Source of the DNA: Candidatus Woesearchaeota archaeon
GTDB taxonomy: Archaea > Nanobdellota > Nanobdellia > Woesearchaeales > UBA583
Direction of reading: 5' to 3'
Length of the DNA: 64,000 nt
Assembly (NCBI GenBank): GCA_965205335.1
Contig: OZ242164.1
Location: 512,001-576,000 of the forward strand
The notes under the pieces were generated by a model. That model ran no database searches. It was not told the DNA's origin and saw only the letters and a list, made by a program, of their open reading frames with translations. The position numbers and the translations under genes are program-made. Shown one piece after another: positions 37,987-47,659 of the stretch (positions are counted from its first letter, which is position 1; each line of letters starts with the position of its first letter).

Positions 37987-40900
37987 TCTATAGGAGATCC
38001 ACCGTTACAACTGCACACCCAATTAGAAGATCCACCCGCTGATTCCCCTTCATCACAAGTGCCCCAAGAACCACATGCAGGACCACCACACCATACACTA
38101 TAATAACAATTATTCGTCTGATAACCGCATTTACTACCTGAACATGTTATATATGCTGATTCAGAGGTGCAACTACAAGAACCACTAATACAAGTCCCTG
38201 TTGAACATTTGGTGCCCGTTCCTGAACAGGGTTTGGTACAAGAGTTTCCAGTGACAGAATAAGTGCCTTGCACACCAGGTATTGAACTTCCACAGGAAAT
38301 ACTTGATGAGGAAGCACAAGTCCCTACACATGCATTAGTTTTACAAGTACCACCGTCACAAATCTTCCCAGATGAACATTTGGTGCCCGTTCCTGAACAG
38401 GGTTTGGTACAAGAGTTTCCAGTGACAGAATAAGTGCCTTGCACACCAGGTATTGAACTTCCACAGGAAATACTTGATGAGGAAGCACAAGTCCCTACAC
38501 ATGCATTAGTTTTACAAGTACCACCGTCACAAATCTTCCCAGATGAACATTTGGTGCCCGTTCCTGAACAGGGTTTGGTACAAGAGTTTCCAGTGACAGA
38601 ATAAGTGCCTTGCACACCAGGTATTGAACTTCCACAGGAAATACTTGATGAGGAAGCACAAGTCCCTACACATGCATTAGTTTTACAAGTACCACCGTCA
38701 CAAATCTTCCCAGATGAACATTTGGTGCCCGTTCCTGAACAGGGTTTGGTACAAGAGTTTCCAGTGACAGAATAAGTGCCTTGCACACCAGGTATTGAAC
38801 TTCCACAGGAAATACTTGATGAGGAAGCACAAGTCCCTACACATGCATTAGTTTTACAAGTACCACCGTCACAAATCTTCCCAGATGAACATTTGGTGCC
38901 CGTTCCTGAACAGGGTTTGGTACAAGAGTTTCCAGTGACAGAATAAGTGCCTTGCACACCAGGTATTGAACTTCCACAGGAAATACTTGATGAGGAAGCA
39001 CAAGTCCCTACACATGCATTAGTTTTACAAGTACCACCGTCACAAATCTTCCCAGATGAACATTTGGTGCCCGTTCCTGAACAGGGTTTGGTACAAGAGT
39101 TTCCAGTGACAGAATAAGTGCCTTGCACACCAGGTATTGAACTTCCACAGGAAATACTTGATGAGGAAGCACAAGTCCCTACACATGCATTAGTTTTACA
39201 AGTACCACCGTCACAAGTGCCTGATGAACAGTAGGTACCTGTTCCTGAACAGGGTTTGGTACAAGAGTTTCCAGTGACAGAATAAGTGCCTTGCACACCA
39301 GGTATTGAACTTCCACAGGAAATACTTGATGAGGAAGCACAAGTCCCTACACATGCATTAGTTTTACAAGTACCACCGTCACAAGTGCCTGATGAACAGT
39401 AGGTACCTGTTCCTGAACAGGGTTTGGTACAAGAGTTTCCAGTGACAGAATAAGTGCCTTGCACATCAGGTATTGAACTTCCACAAGAAATACTTGATGA
39501 GGAAGCACAAGTCCCTACACATGCATTAGTTTTACAAGTACCACCGTCACAAGTGCCTGATGAACAGTAGGTACCTATTCCTGAACAAGTTCTAGTGCAG
39601 GAGTTTCCAGTACAAGAGTAAGTGCCTGATTGGTCTGGTATTGGACTTCCACATGCTACACTTGATCGGGAAGGACATGATGGTGCATTACATGAATTAG
39701 AACTAGTTGAACACCCACTAGTCGTGCAGGCACCACTGCCGTCACTCCATTCCCCAGCAGTTGAAGAGTCACAAAGAGAAGATGTGCACTCGCAAGTTCT
39801 GGTATTTCTACAAGAACCACCGACACAAGTCCCAGATGAACAATAAGTACCTGTGCCACAGGTCTTGGTACAAGATGCACCACTAATGGAGCAAGTGCCA
39901 GATACATATGGCAATGAGGTCCCACATGCTTCACTGGAGGTAGAAGCACAAGTTCCCACACAAGTTCCACAAAGTATTGGTACACAACTACTACCATCAC
40001 AAGTATATGATGAATATGAACAATAAGTACCTGTGCCTGAGCAACTTTTAGTACAGGATACACCAGTATTAGAGCAAGTGCCAGATACAGCCGGTATTGA
40101 AGTTCCACATGATACACTGGAAGAATAAGCACAAGTTCCTTGACAAGCTCCACACGATTTTGCCTTACTGCACATACCTGAGTTATTTCCGCCATTCAAA
40201 CCTTCACAACGCCATCTGTAGTGGGTGGGGGTGTCATTATACGCTCCATCGTTAGATGTCCCACTTGTACAGCCATTTCTTATCGCATTATTGCATACTC
40301 CATTTACAGGAGATGGAGGTTTAAGTTTACTGCACATAGTATCGTTTCCACCATTAACACCACTGCAATACCATATATGATGAGTTGAATTGGAAGATGA
40401 GTTGTAAACGTTACCAACAATACAAATGTCTTTACCCGAACCGCATACTTCACTATCATCAGGGAAAGAAGAAGAAATTCTACAGCAAAAAGATCCCATT
40501 TTATTATCATCACTGCTGTTAAAATTAGGGTCTAGTCTGAATCCATCTGAAAGAAGTTCCCCTGAATCTAATTTCATCCAGTTAGAAGGACAAACTCTAC
40601 CTCTCGCCCAAGTGCAAAATTCATTACTACAGATGCTTCCTCCAAATTGGACATTAGGTGGGAAAGAAGCAAAATTCCTACAGCAAAAAGATCCCATTTT
40701 ATCATTATTGCTACTATTAAAATTTAAATCTAATCTAAATCCATAAATGTCGTATTCTCCTGAGCCTATCTTTGTCCAGTTAGATGGACAAAATATGCTC
40801 CTAGTCCAAGTACAGACCCCCTCATCACACACCCTTCCTACTTGGGCATCAACGTAATCTTTATTAACGGCATCACTTCCATTTATCGGAGTTGGAACAT

Positions 40901-41111
40901 CAGTTATCTTGCCAGAATCTCCCAAACTTAGGGTACTGTTTAAAATAAAATTGGGAAAACCTTCATCACTTCCTAAAACCCCTCCTCTTATGTCAGAGGC
41001 ATGATGCCAAACACTGTTTGTGTCTGCAAAAACAGGAACTTCCATCCCTGTAAAAACAAAAAAAATGACAAAAATACTAATAAAAATTCCAAATAAATTC
41101 CTTCTAACCAT
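37974..41111 (-). CDS. large secreted Cys-rich repetitive surface/adhesin-like protein
   Basis: Signal peptide, WHHASDIRGG..GSDE, fibre-neck-like ITDVPTP..SDAVNKDYVD, then several types of Cys-rich repeat. Confidence 0.8.
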   Translation of the reverse strand: MVRRNLFGIFISIFVIFFVFTGMEVPVFADTNSVWHHASDIRGGVLGSDEGFPNFILNSTLSLGDSGKITDVPTPINGSDAVNKDYVDAQVGRVCDEGVCTWTRSIFCPSNWTKIGSGEYDIYGFRLDLNFNSSNNDKMGSFCCRNFASFPPNVQFGGSICSNEFCTWARGRVCPSNWMKLDSGELLSDGFRLDPNFNSSDDNKMGSFCCRISSSFPDDSEVCGSGKDICIVGNVYNSSSNSTHHIWYCSGVNGGNDTMCSKLKPPSPVNGVCNNAIRNGCTSGTSNDGAYNDTPTHYRWRCEGLNGGNNSGMCSKAKSCGACQGTCAYSSSVSCGTSIPAVSGTCSNTGVSCTKSCSGTGTYCSYSSYTCDGSSCVPILCGTCVGTCASTSSEACGTSLPYVSGTCSISGASCTKTCGTGTYCSSGTCVGGSCRNTRTCECTSSLCDSSTAGEWSDGSGACTTSGCSTSSNSCNAPSCPSRSSVACGSPIPDQSGTYSCTGNSCTRTCSGIGTYCSSGTCDGGTCKTNACVGTCASSSSISCGSSIPDVQGTYSVTGNSCTKPCSGTGTYCSSGTCDGGTCKTNACVGTCASSSSISCGSSIPGVQGTYSVTGNSCTKPCSGTGTYCSSGTCDGGTCKTNACVGTCASSSSISCGSSIPGVQGTYSVTGNSCTKPCSGTGTKCSSGKICDGGTCKTNACVGTCASSSSISCGSSIPGVQGTYSVTGNSCTKPCSGTGTKCSSGKICDGGTCKTNACVGTCASSSSISCGSSIPGVQGTYSVTGNSCTKPCSGTGTKCSSGKICDGGTCKTNACVGTCASSSSISCGSSIPGVQGTYSVTGNSCTKPCSGTGTKCSSGKICDGGTCKTNACVGTCASSSSISCGSSIPGVQGTYSVTGNSCTKPCSGTGTKCSSGKICDGGTCKTNACVGTCASSSSISCGSSIPGVQGTYSVTGNSCTKPCSGTGTKCSTGTCISGSCSCTSESAYITCSGSKCGYQTNNCYYSVWCGGPACGSWGTCDEGESAGGSSNWVCSCNGGSPIDCPP
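38203..39577 (-). repeat. near-identical 168/171-bp intragenic tandem repeats (7 full units plus partial units)
   Basis: Period 171 bp (e.g. 38203 to 38374); unit CVGTCASSSSISCGSSIPGVQGTYSVTGNSCTKPCSGTGT(K/Y)CSSG(KI/T)CDGGTCKTNA. Confidence 0.95.
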
Positions 41112-41259
41112 GAAAAGTTCCCCTTTGAAAAATATATATAAGTTAGTTTAAACTCCAAAGTAATAATAAACAAAAAATATACATCAAATAATAAACAACC
41201 CTGCTAAGAAAATTCCAACTACACTAAAATTTATATATAATACTTAGTTAATTTTTCAT

Positions 41260-41976
41260 ATGAATTCTAAAAAAGACAAAAAATCATCACATAATTCCAA
41301 ACAAAAAAAAAATACCAAAATTCATAAAGTTACAGATGTCGTTTCAGAAGATGAAGTTGAAACTCAGTTATCAAAAGACCTTATTAAAAAAATAGAAAAA
41401 AAGAATCAAGATGATGAACCCAGATGGTATCACTACCTTATCGTCTCACTTTGCTTCATTGCTCTCTTTATAGGTTTATATTATACATTAGATTATTTTG
41501 AAAAAGAACCTCCAAACCCTCATATCAATGTTCAATTATACACGTATCACTTCAAAGTCGGAGAAAAAAACGGTAGCATTCAGTTCTACACACCAATTAA
41601 CAAAATTGAAGACTTAGATTATCCTATTGAAGTTTCAAAATATGACTTTCTAAACTCAAAACGAATAATACTATCCTTTATGGAATACAACGGAACCGAT
41701 AATGGAGAAGTAGCACTAGTTTCAGGAAGACTGGCTCCTTTCATAAAACATGTTTACTCATTTGATTTTAACCCTTACGAGGACATCAAACATACTAATG
41801 AATCTAACTGTTCAACCTCAACATTAGATGAAAAAATTGTCACATTCAATCCCTACTCAGACAGAAATGGAGTTTTCTACAACGAATCAAACGGATGCAT
41901 TGAATTTCTAACAGATGATGCAACAAAAATGAGAGAACTTGGAGACATATTCTTCTATACCCTCATTAACGAATAA
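41260..41976 (+). CDS. single-pass membrane protein of unknown function
   Basis: Basic N-terminus, one TM helix, extracellular domain with a Cys pair. Confidence 0.7.
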   Translation: MNSKKDKKSSHNSKQKKNTKIHKVTDVVSEDEVETQLSKDLIKKIEKKNQDDEPRWYHYLIVSLCFIALFIGLYYTLDYFEKEPPNPHINVQLYTYHFKVGEKNGSIQFYTPINKIEDLDYPIEVSKYDFLNSKRIILSFMEYNGTDNGEVALVSGRLAPFIKHVYSFDFNPYEDIKHTNESNCSTSTLDEKIVTFNPYSDRNGVFYNESNGCIEFLTDDATKMRELGDIFFYTLINE

Positions 41977-41977
41977 A

Positions 41978-42118
41978 ATGAATAACTCATATCTAACAGA
42001 TTTAATTTGCTGTCCCAAATGCCAAAAAGACTTAACTGCAAAAAACAACAAACTAATCTGTTCAAACTGCAAAAAAGAATACATAATAAAAGACAACATT
42101 CCAATACTATTAATATAA
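41978..42118 (+). CDS. Trm112-like methyltransferase activator, 46 aa
   Basis: MNNSYLTDLICCPKCQKDLTAKNNKLICSNCKKEYIIKDNIPILLI*, with the L.CP.C..L....L.C..C...Y.I..IP.L pattern. Confidence 0.8.
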   Translation: MNNSYLTDLICCPKCQKDLTAKNNKLICSNCKKEYIIKDNIPILLI

Positions 42119-42191
42119 GCAAAACAATACAAAACAAATCACATAGTAACCTTTATAAAACTTTAAAAATTAATTTACTTACTAAAAAAAA

Positions 42192-42264
42192 GGACCTGTG
42201 GTCTAGTGGCTATGACGTTGCCCTTACAAGGCGAAGATCGCCGGTTCAAATCCGGTCAGGTCCA
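42192..42264 (+). tRNA. tRNA-Val (TAC)
   Basis: Acceptor GGACCTG/CAGGTCC-A, anticodon arm TTGCC-CTTACAA-GGCGA, T arm GCCGG-TTCAAAT-CCGGT; TATA box TTTATAAA at about 42152. Confidence 0.95.
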
Positions 42265-42302
42265 TTTAAAATAACTTAATCTCTCCTATATCTAATACAT
42301 AC

Positions 42303-42533
42303 TTAATCTATCTTATACACTCCAAAATCCTCAAAATATTCTCCTTTAGACTTTGCATTTTCCTCTTTTAACTTACTTAAAAACGCCGCTGCATCTTTTG
42401 AATCCTCCGACTTATAATAAACCCTCAAATTACTAAAAACTCTCGTCTTTGAGCATCTCTGACACTTAAAAACCTTAGATGTTCCACTTACTGCAAGCAA
42501 ATAACAATTCGGACACTTAACTACTCTAAACAC
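42303..42533 (-). CDS. small archaeal Zn-ribbon protein (DUF1922/DUF5817-like)
   Basis: VVKCPNC...FKCQRCSK. Confidence 0.7.
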   Translation of the reverse strand: MFRVVKCPNCYLLAVSGTSKVFKCQRCSKTRVFSNLRVYYKSEDSKDAAAFLSKLKEENAKSKGEYFEDFGVYKID

Positions 42534-43032
42534 CCTCTATCTCAAACTCACGCCTACCCCTCCTTTTATCTGATATACTCCTATAAATCTCAGACAAACT
42601 CCTTGCCTGACGCGTCATAAGACTAATCAAATAGTCATTAAACATAACATAATCAACTGTTCTTGTAATAGTATCATCAATAATTGTTACTATAAAACTT
42701 TCTATATTAACATCAAATGAAATCTCTTGCTTCTTAAAACCCCAATTAACCTTTAAAACAATTATCAAATCTTCCAAATCATAATACCATGTCTTAATTT
42801 CATCTTCATCTTCATTTAAAATCACAACTGACACAAACTCTCTAAATTCACTTGGTAGAAACCGTTTCAGAAAATCTTCTATAACCAAAGTCCTACTACT
42901 CTCTAAAAACTCAATTGCCTTTCTATTTCTATTCAAATAAAAAAACTCAGTAAACAAATCCTTATTAACAAGCTTCTTATTCTTCTTTTTGAACTGCCTC
43001 AAAATAAACTCAGTCTTTTCGCTTCTGTCCAT
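42526..43032 (-). CDS. hypothetical protein
   Basis: 168-aa ORF overlapping the downstream gene start. Confidence 0.65.
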   Translation of the reverse strand: MDRSEKTEFILRQFKKKNKKLVNKDLFTEFFYLNRNRKAIEFLESSRTLVIEDFLKRFLPSEFREFVSVVILNEDEDEIKTWYYDLEDLIIVLKVNWGFKKQEISFDVNIESFIVTIIDDTITRTVDYVMFNDYLISLMTRQARSLSEIYRSISDKRRGRREFEIEGV

Positions 43033-43118
43033 ATTTGAAACTTTAACTTCATTATTTTTAAATATTTGCTTTTAAAAAAAGATATTACATAATACAATTG
43101 CAAAAATTACTTACATAC

Positions 43119-44102
43119 TGTGTTGTCCTAATTCTTTTTCCCACTTTTATTATCTCCAATCATTTTTATAAACCTACCTAATGTCCATGGCATTAATTCA
43201 CGCCAGAACACTTGTTCAGGCGTATCAAAATCCAAGCTACCATGCGGTCTATGATTATACCAGTCCATAAATTCATTAAATGTATTGAATTTCTGTCTAT
43301 GAAGTTCATAGGTATGATTCCACTTCTCAAACTTACCATTGGTTTGAGGGTGTTTATATCTACATTTTGAATGTATAATTTCTAACCTGGCAAGAACTCT
43401 TTGGAACTCAGATATGCCTTGCTGCTTACCCTCTTGCTTATTTGCATAAAACTGACTGCCTCTATCAGTCAAACAAACATCAATTGGTTTTATATGCAAA
43501 TACGTTTTGTAAGCTTGTTTGATCAACCCAATATTGTGTTTTGCTTCTTCTTTTTTGAACTCACCCCCACAAAGGATTTTCCTTGATTTATCATCTAAGA
43601 CTGCACACATCCACATTTGCAAATGTGAATTATAATGCCAATCCATATGAACCATATCTAAAGACCATGGTTTTTCATAACGAATCCATGGCTTTCTTCT
43701 CTTTTGTTTTCTAGGATTGGCAATTGCTTTATTATTTGCAAGTAACACAATATGAACATAGTTATTTGCAATTTTAAAGTTTTCTTTCTTACGCAGATAT
43801 TGACAAATGTAATTTGCTCCAAACCCTAGTTTTGAATGCAAAGAAAGAATTCTTCTTTCTAAACTTCTAGGATAGACTCTTTTTGGTTTCATGCCATTCT
43901 TCTGTAAAACAGGAAGTAACCCTGTTTTCTTAAATTCTAAGAAAAGTTGATTAACTCTTCTTTTACTAATATTGAACTGCTTAGCAATAAAAACAGATGA
44001 AACACCTTTATTCTTACGCTTAATTATCTTTTCAATGTCCAAAGCATTTAGTTTCATAAAAGACTCAATTTCCAAGGTGGGAAATTTTTTGCGGACAATA
44101 CA
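43119..44102 (-). mobile_element. IS481-family element type B, copy 2 (984 bp) with 16-bp TSD
   Basis: Same ends as copy 1; AAAATTACTTACATAC at 43103-43118 and 44103-44118. Confidence 0.93.
43128..44057 (-). CDS. IS481-family transposase
   Basis: Same motifs as 29455-30384; 10 amino-acid differences counted between the copies. Confidence 0.92.
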   Translation of the reverse strand: MKLNALDIEKIIKRKNKGVSSVFIAKQFNISKRRVNQLFLEFKKTGLLPVLQKNGMKPKRVYPRSLERRILSLHSKLGFGANYICQYLRKKENFKIANNYVHIVLLANNKAIANPRKQKRRKPWIRYEKPWSLDMVHMDWHYNSHLQMWMCAVLDDKSRKILCGGEFKKEEAKHNIGLIKQAYKTYLHIKPIDVCLTDRGSQFYANKQEGKQQGISEFQRVLARLEIIHSKCRYKHPQTNGKFEKWNHTYELHRQKFNTFNEFMDWYNHRPHGSLDFDTPEQVFWRELMPWTLGRFIKMIGDNKSGKKN

Positions 44103-44172
44103 AAAATTACTTACATACCACATTCTTTATAAATACCAATCTATTCTCGCAATAATAAAAGAGTAAAACAAG

Positions 44173-47022
44173 ATGAGTGGAAATTTTTTTGATAAGAGTA
44201 TTTTAGAATCATCATACGAAGAAGAATATGAGAGTATAAAAGATTACGATAAACTAACTTACTATTTGAAAAAAACTGAGAACCTATATAGTTTTCATTG
44301 CGAAATAAATGGACAAAGACTAAACCAAGGAGAACTAAAAGCTCTCATCAAACTAAACGAAAACAAAAAAATCATGAACGAATCAGATGCAGAATTACTA
44401 ACATACATAATCCATAAAATAAGTCCAATTCAGACAATATACAAACTATCCACAGACATAGAAGTAATCATCAAATACTTAGCCAACTGTAAATTTAAAT
44501 TCTTCCTTAACGACAAAGAATCAAAAGTTGTATCAAAAAACAAAAAACTTGACCTAAACCTCTACATTGGCAAAGATTCAAACATAAAACTAGACATACT
44601 AAACAAAGGTGGATTTTTTTGGGGAAACTACGAAGCCTTCTACGTTGAAGATCAAACAATCATGCCAATCTCAGATGAACTACCCCTTAAACTTTACAAA
44701 GAAATAATTGATGGGAATAACAAATTCTCAATAGAAACATTCTTCCAGATAAAAAATTCAATAATTCCAAAACTAAAAAAACTGCATAACTTAAAAATCT
44801 CGGATGAAATTGAAAAACTATCAAGCCTTTCAATAGAAGAAAAAATTGCCCCCTACATTTTAGAAATTGGAAAATCCGTTCACTTCATCACCTTTCACCT
44901 AAAATACAAAATAGGCGATGAACTCTTTAACATTGAAGATTACAAATACCTTGAAACAATTAACTGGATGAACAAACCCAATCTAATCAAAATAACAAAA
45001 GAAGACTCCGGACTTATCAAATACATCTCTGACGAAAAACTCTCAGAGCACACAATTGATACAATATTTGAAGGAGTTAGAATTAAATACAGCAAAAACC
45101 AAAAATCACCCTTCTCAATAATGGTTCCTATCTCAAGTCTTGAAACAGTTGTCAAAAAAGTTCTGCCAAAAGCTCACAAGACATTTCAAATTGAATACAA
45201 AGAAGGACAGAAACTAACTCTGTCCAACTCAAATGTAAAATTTGAAATTGACACGAACCTAAAAAAAAACCTTAACTTATTTGAATTTAAAGTTCGCTTT
45301 AAAATTGGAGACGAATTCTTTGACATTGAATTCTTAAAAGAAATTATGTCCAAAAACAGAAAACACGTTCAACTAAAAGACGGTAGAACTGTAAACATTG
45401 AAAACTTTCGTGACATTAACAAATGGATTGAATTTTTAAATAAATTTGAATTTAAAAGAACAGAAAAAACTTACAAAGCCCAAAGCAGCAGTGCCCTTGA
45501 ACTTAACGAATTTCTAAAAAATATTGAAGGAACAAAAGTTACATCAAACGAAGATTACAAGAATATGATTACAGAAGTAAAAGATAGGACTCCAATTGAG
45601 CCCATCAAAATCCCAAAGCAAGTTTCCAATGTCCTTCGTGACTATCAAATAGATGGAGTTTACTGGATGTATTTTCTAAAAAAATATGGCTTCGGAGGAA
45701 TCTTAGCTGATGAAATGGGCCTTGGAAAAACCATTCAGGCTCTAACTGTTTTAAGTATGAACAATAACAATGGGACTCATTTAGTCGTATGTCCTAAATC
45801 TCTCATCTACAACTGGGAAAATGAAATCAAAAAATTCCTTCCTGATATGAAAGTTTTAATTATTGATAAAGACCAAGAAAAAAGAAAAAAACTAATTAAA
45901 ACTGCAAACAACTATGACATAGTTATAACCTCATACTCTATTCTGCAAAGAGACTACTCTTATTACGACGAAAATAAAATCATATTTAATTATCAAATTT
46001 TAGATGAAGCTCATTACATTAAAAACATAAAAACTCTCTCATCAAAAGCTGTTAGAGTAATTAATGCTAAAAGAAAAGTATTACTAACAGGAACCCCTCT
46101 TGAGAACAACTTAGATGAATTATTTGGAACATTTGAATTAATTATGCCAGGATATTTAGGAACTAAGACTGAATTCAGAAATAATTTTGTTGCAAAAATC
46201 GAAAGAAACAACCAGATAGCCCTTGACATCTTGCAGGCAAAAATCAGACCTTTCATTTTGCGTAGAACAAAAAATGAGGTTTTAAAAGAATTACCTGACA
46301 AGCAAGAACAAATAGTATATAACGAGATGACTAATAAACAGATAGGAGTATACAATGAAATCCTTAATCGTGTTAAAAGCGAAGTTAACATACTAATTGA
46401 AAAACAGGGATTTGAAAAATCAAGAATTCAGGTTTTATCTGCTCTTTTGAAACTAAGACAAGTATGCAACCATCCTTCCCTTGTTGATAAATCCTTTTCA
46501 GGTGAAGTTGGTATCTCTGGAAAACATGAACAATTTAAAGAACTTCTCTCAGAAGTTATTGCATCAGGTGAGAAAGTCCTCGTATTTAGTCAATTCACAT
46601 CAATGCTTAACATCTTTGAAAAAGACTTAAATGAAAGAGATATTACTTTCTCCCGATTAGATGGTTCTACAAAAAATCGCCAAGAAGTCGTTGATGAATT
46701 TAACAATAACAAATCAATCTCAGTTTTTTTAATTTCACTTAAAGCAGGAGGAGTTGGACTGAATTTGACCTCTGCAAGTGTTGTATTCTTATATGACCCT
46801 TGGTGGAATCCTATGGTAGAACAACAAGCAGTTGATCGTGCTCACAGAATAGGACAAAAGAAAAAAGTTAACATCTACAAATTCATTACAAAAAATTCAA
46901 TTGAAGAGAAAATTCTCAAACTGCAAGAAAGAAAAGGAAACCTATTTGAGAACTTAGTTGTAGAAGATTCGGGATTTATGAAAAGACTTGAATGGGAAGA
47001 TTTAATGGAACTATTTGATTAA
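44173..47022 (+). CDS. SNF2-family helicase/ATPase (bacterial-type)
   Basis: LRDYQ, GILADEMGLGKT, LDEAH, LTGTPLEN, LRR.K, LRQVCNHP, FSQF, SLKAGGVGLNL, QAVDRAHRIGQ. Confidence 0.95.
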   Translation: MSGNFFDKSILESSYEEEYESIKDYDKLTYYLKKTENLYSFHCEINGQRLNQGELKALIKLNENKKIMNESDAELLTYIIHKISPIQTIYKLSTDIEVIIKYLANCKFKFFLNDKESKVVSKNKKLDLNLYIGKDSNIKLDILNKGGFFWGNYEAFYVEDQTIMPISDELPLKLYKEIIDGNNKFSIETFFQIKNSIIPKLKKLHNLKISDEIEKLSSLSIEEKIAPYILEIGKSVHFITFHLKYKIGDELFNIEDYKYLETINWMNKPNLIKITKEDSGLIKYISDEKLSEHTIDTIFEGVRIKYSKNQKSPFSIMVPISSLETVVKKVLPKAHKTFQIEYKEGQKLTLSNSNVKFEIDTNLKKNLNLFEFKVRFKIGDEFFDIEFLKEIMSKNRKHVQLKDGRTVNIENFRDINKWIEFLNKFEFKRTEKTYKAQSSSALELNEFLKNIEGTKVTSNEDYKNMITEVKDRTPIEPIKIPKQVSNVLRDYQIDGVYWMYFLKKYGFGGILADEMGLGKTIQALTVLSMNNNNGTHLVVCPKSLIYNWENEIKKFLPDMKVLIIDKDQEKRKKLIKTANNYDIVITSYSILQRDYSYYDENKIIFNYQILDEAHYIKNIKTLSSKAVRVINAKRKVLLTGTPLENNLDELFGTFELIMPGYLGTKTEFRNNFVAKIERNNQIALDILQAKIRPFILRRTKNEVLKELPDKQEQIVYNEMTNKQIGVYNEILNRVKSEVNILIEKQGFEKSRIQVLSALLKLRQVCNHPSLVDKSFSGEVGISGKHEQFKELLSEVIASGEKVLVFSQFTSMLNIFEKDLNERDITFSRLDGSTKNRQEVVDEFNNNKSISVFLISLKAGGVGLNLTSASVVFLYDPWWNPMVEQQAVDRAHRIGQKKKVNIYKFITKNSIEEKILKLQERKGNLFENLVVEDSGFMKRLEWEDLMELFD

Positions 47023-47057
47023 TATAAAAATTCTATTTATTTCAGAATTAAAAAAAA

Positions 47058-47546
47058 CTAACCACTTTGAGTTAGCCCTAACTTAAATTTATTTGCTAAA
47101 TCATTTAACTCATCTTCTGATAACTTCTCCCCTTTTAGATTAAAATCCAAGCCATCATGTTCATATCGTGGTATAACATGCATCATAAAATGAGAAGACT
47201 GCTGACCTGCTGCTTTCCCGTTCGCTATAAAAACAGTTGTATCCTTGCACTGCATACTCTCTTTCAATAAATCCGCTAAATATTTTGAAATAACAGACAG
47301 ATGCCCCAAAACCTCATCAGAAACCATAGGAAGCATCATATAATGTTCTTTGGGAATAAGCAGAAGATGTCCATTAGTTGCAGGATTTATATCAAGAACT
47401 GCAAAACAAATATCATCTTCAAAAACTATCTTTGCATCCATCTCCTTTGATGCCATCTTACAGAAAACACAATTATCCTTCATTAACTGCATTCTCTTCT
47501 GCACTTCTTCCGAAGATAACTGCTCTCCGTTTCCTTGCTCTGCCAT
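47058..47546 (-). CDS. HIT-family protein with degenerate triad
   Basis: CVFC, LDINPA..GHLLLIPKEH, AGQ..SHFMMHVIPR (middle His replaced by Met). Confidence 0.88.
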   Translation of the reverse strand: MAEQGNGEQLSSEEVQKRMQLMKDNCVFCKMASKEMDAKIVFEDDICFAVLDINPATNGHLLLIPKEHYMMLPMVSDEVLGHLSVISKYLADLLKESMQCKDTTVFIANGKAAGQQSSHFMMHVIPRYEHDGLDFNLKGEKLSEDELNDLANKFKLGLTQSG

Positions 47547-47659
47547 AAAATATCACAATAGCATTAATATATAAAACTTTGTTGTATAATTACAACGACA
47601 AAGAATTGAAAATACTAAATGAATTCCATAGAGATCCCACCAAGTTCAAAAACCAATTC

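Noticed and set aside
38203-39577. Tandem array as a possible CRISPR or DGR template
   Set aside because: Units are contiguous, in frame and lack unique spacers; no adenine-specific variation, cas genes or reverse transcriptase.
42007-42279. 90-aa ORF in the ORF track
   Set aside because: Overlaps tRNA-Val and the better Trm112-like frame; shadow ORF.
42192-44118. tRNA-Val as the attachment site of an integrated element
   Set aside because: No duplicated tRNA 3' end and no tyrosine integrase in the window.
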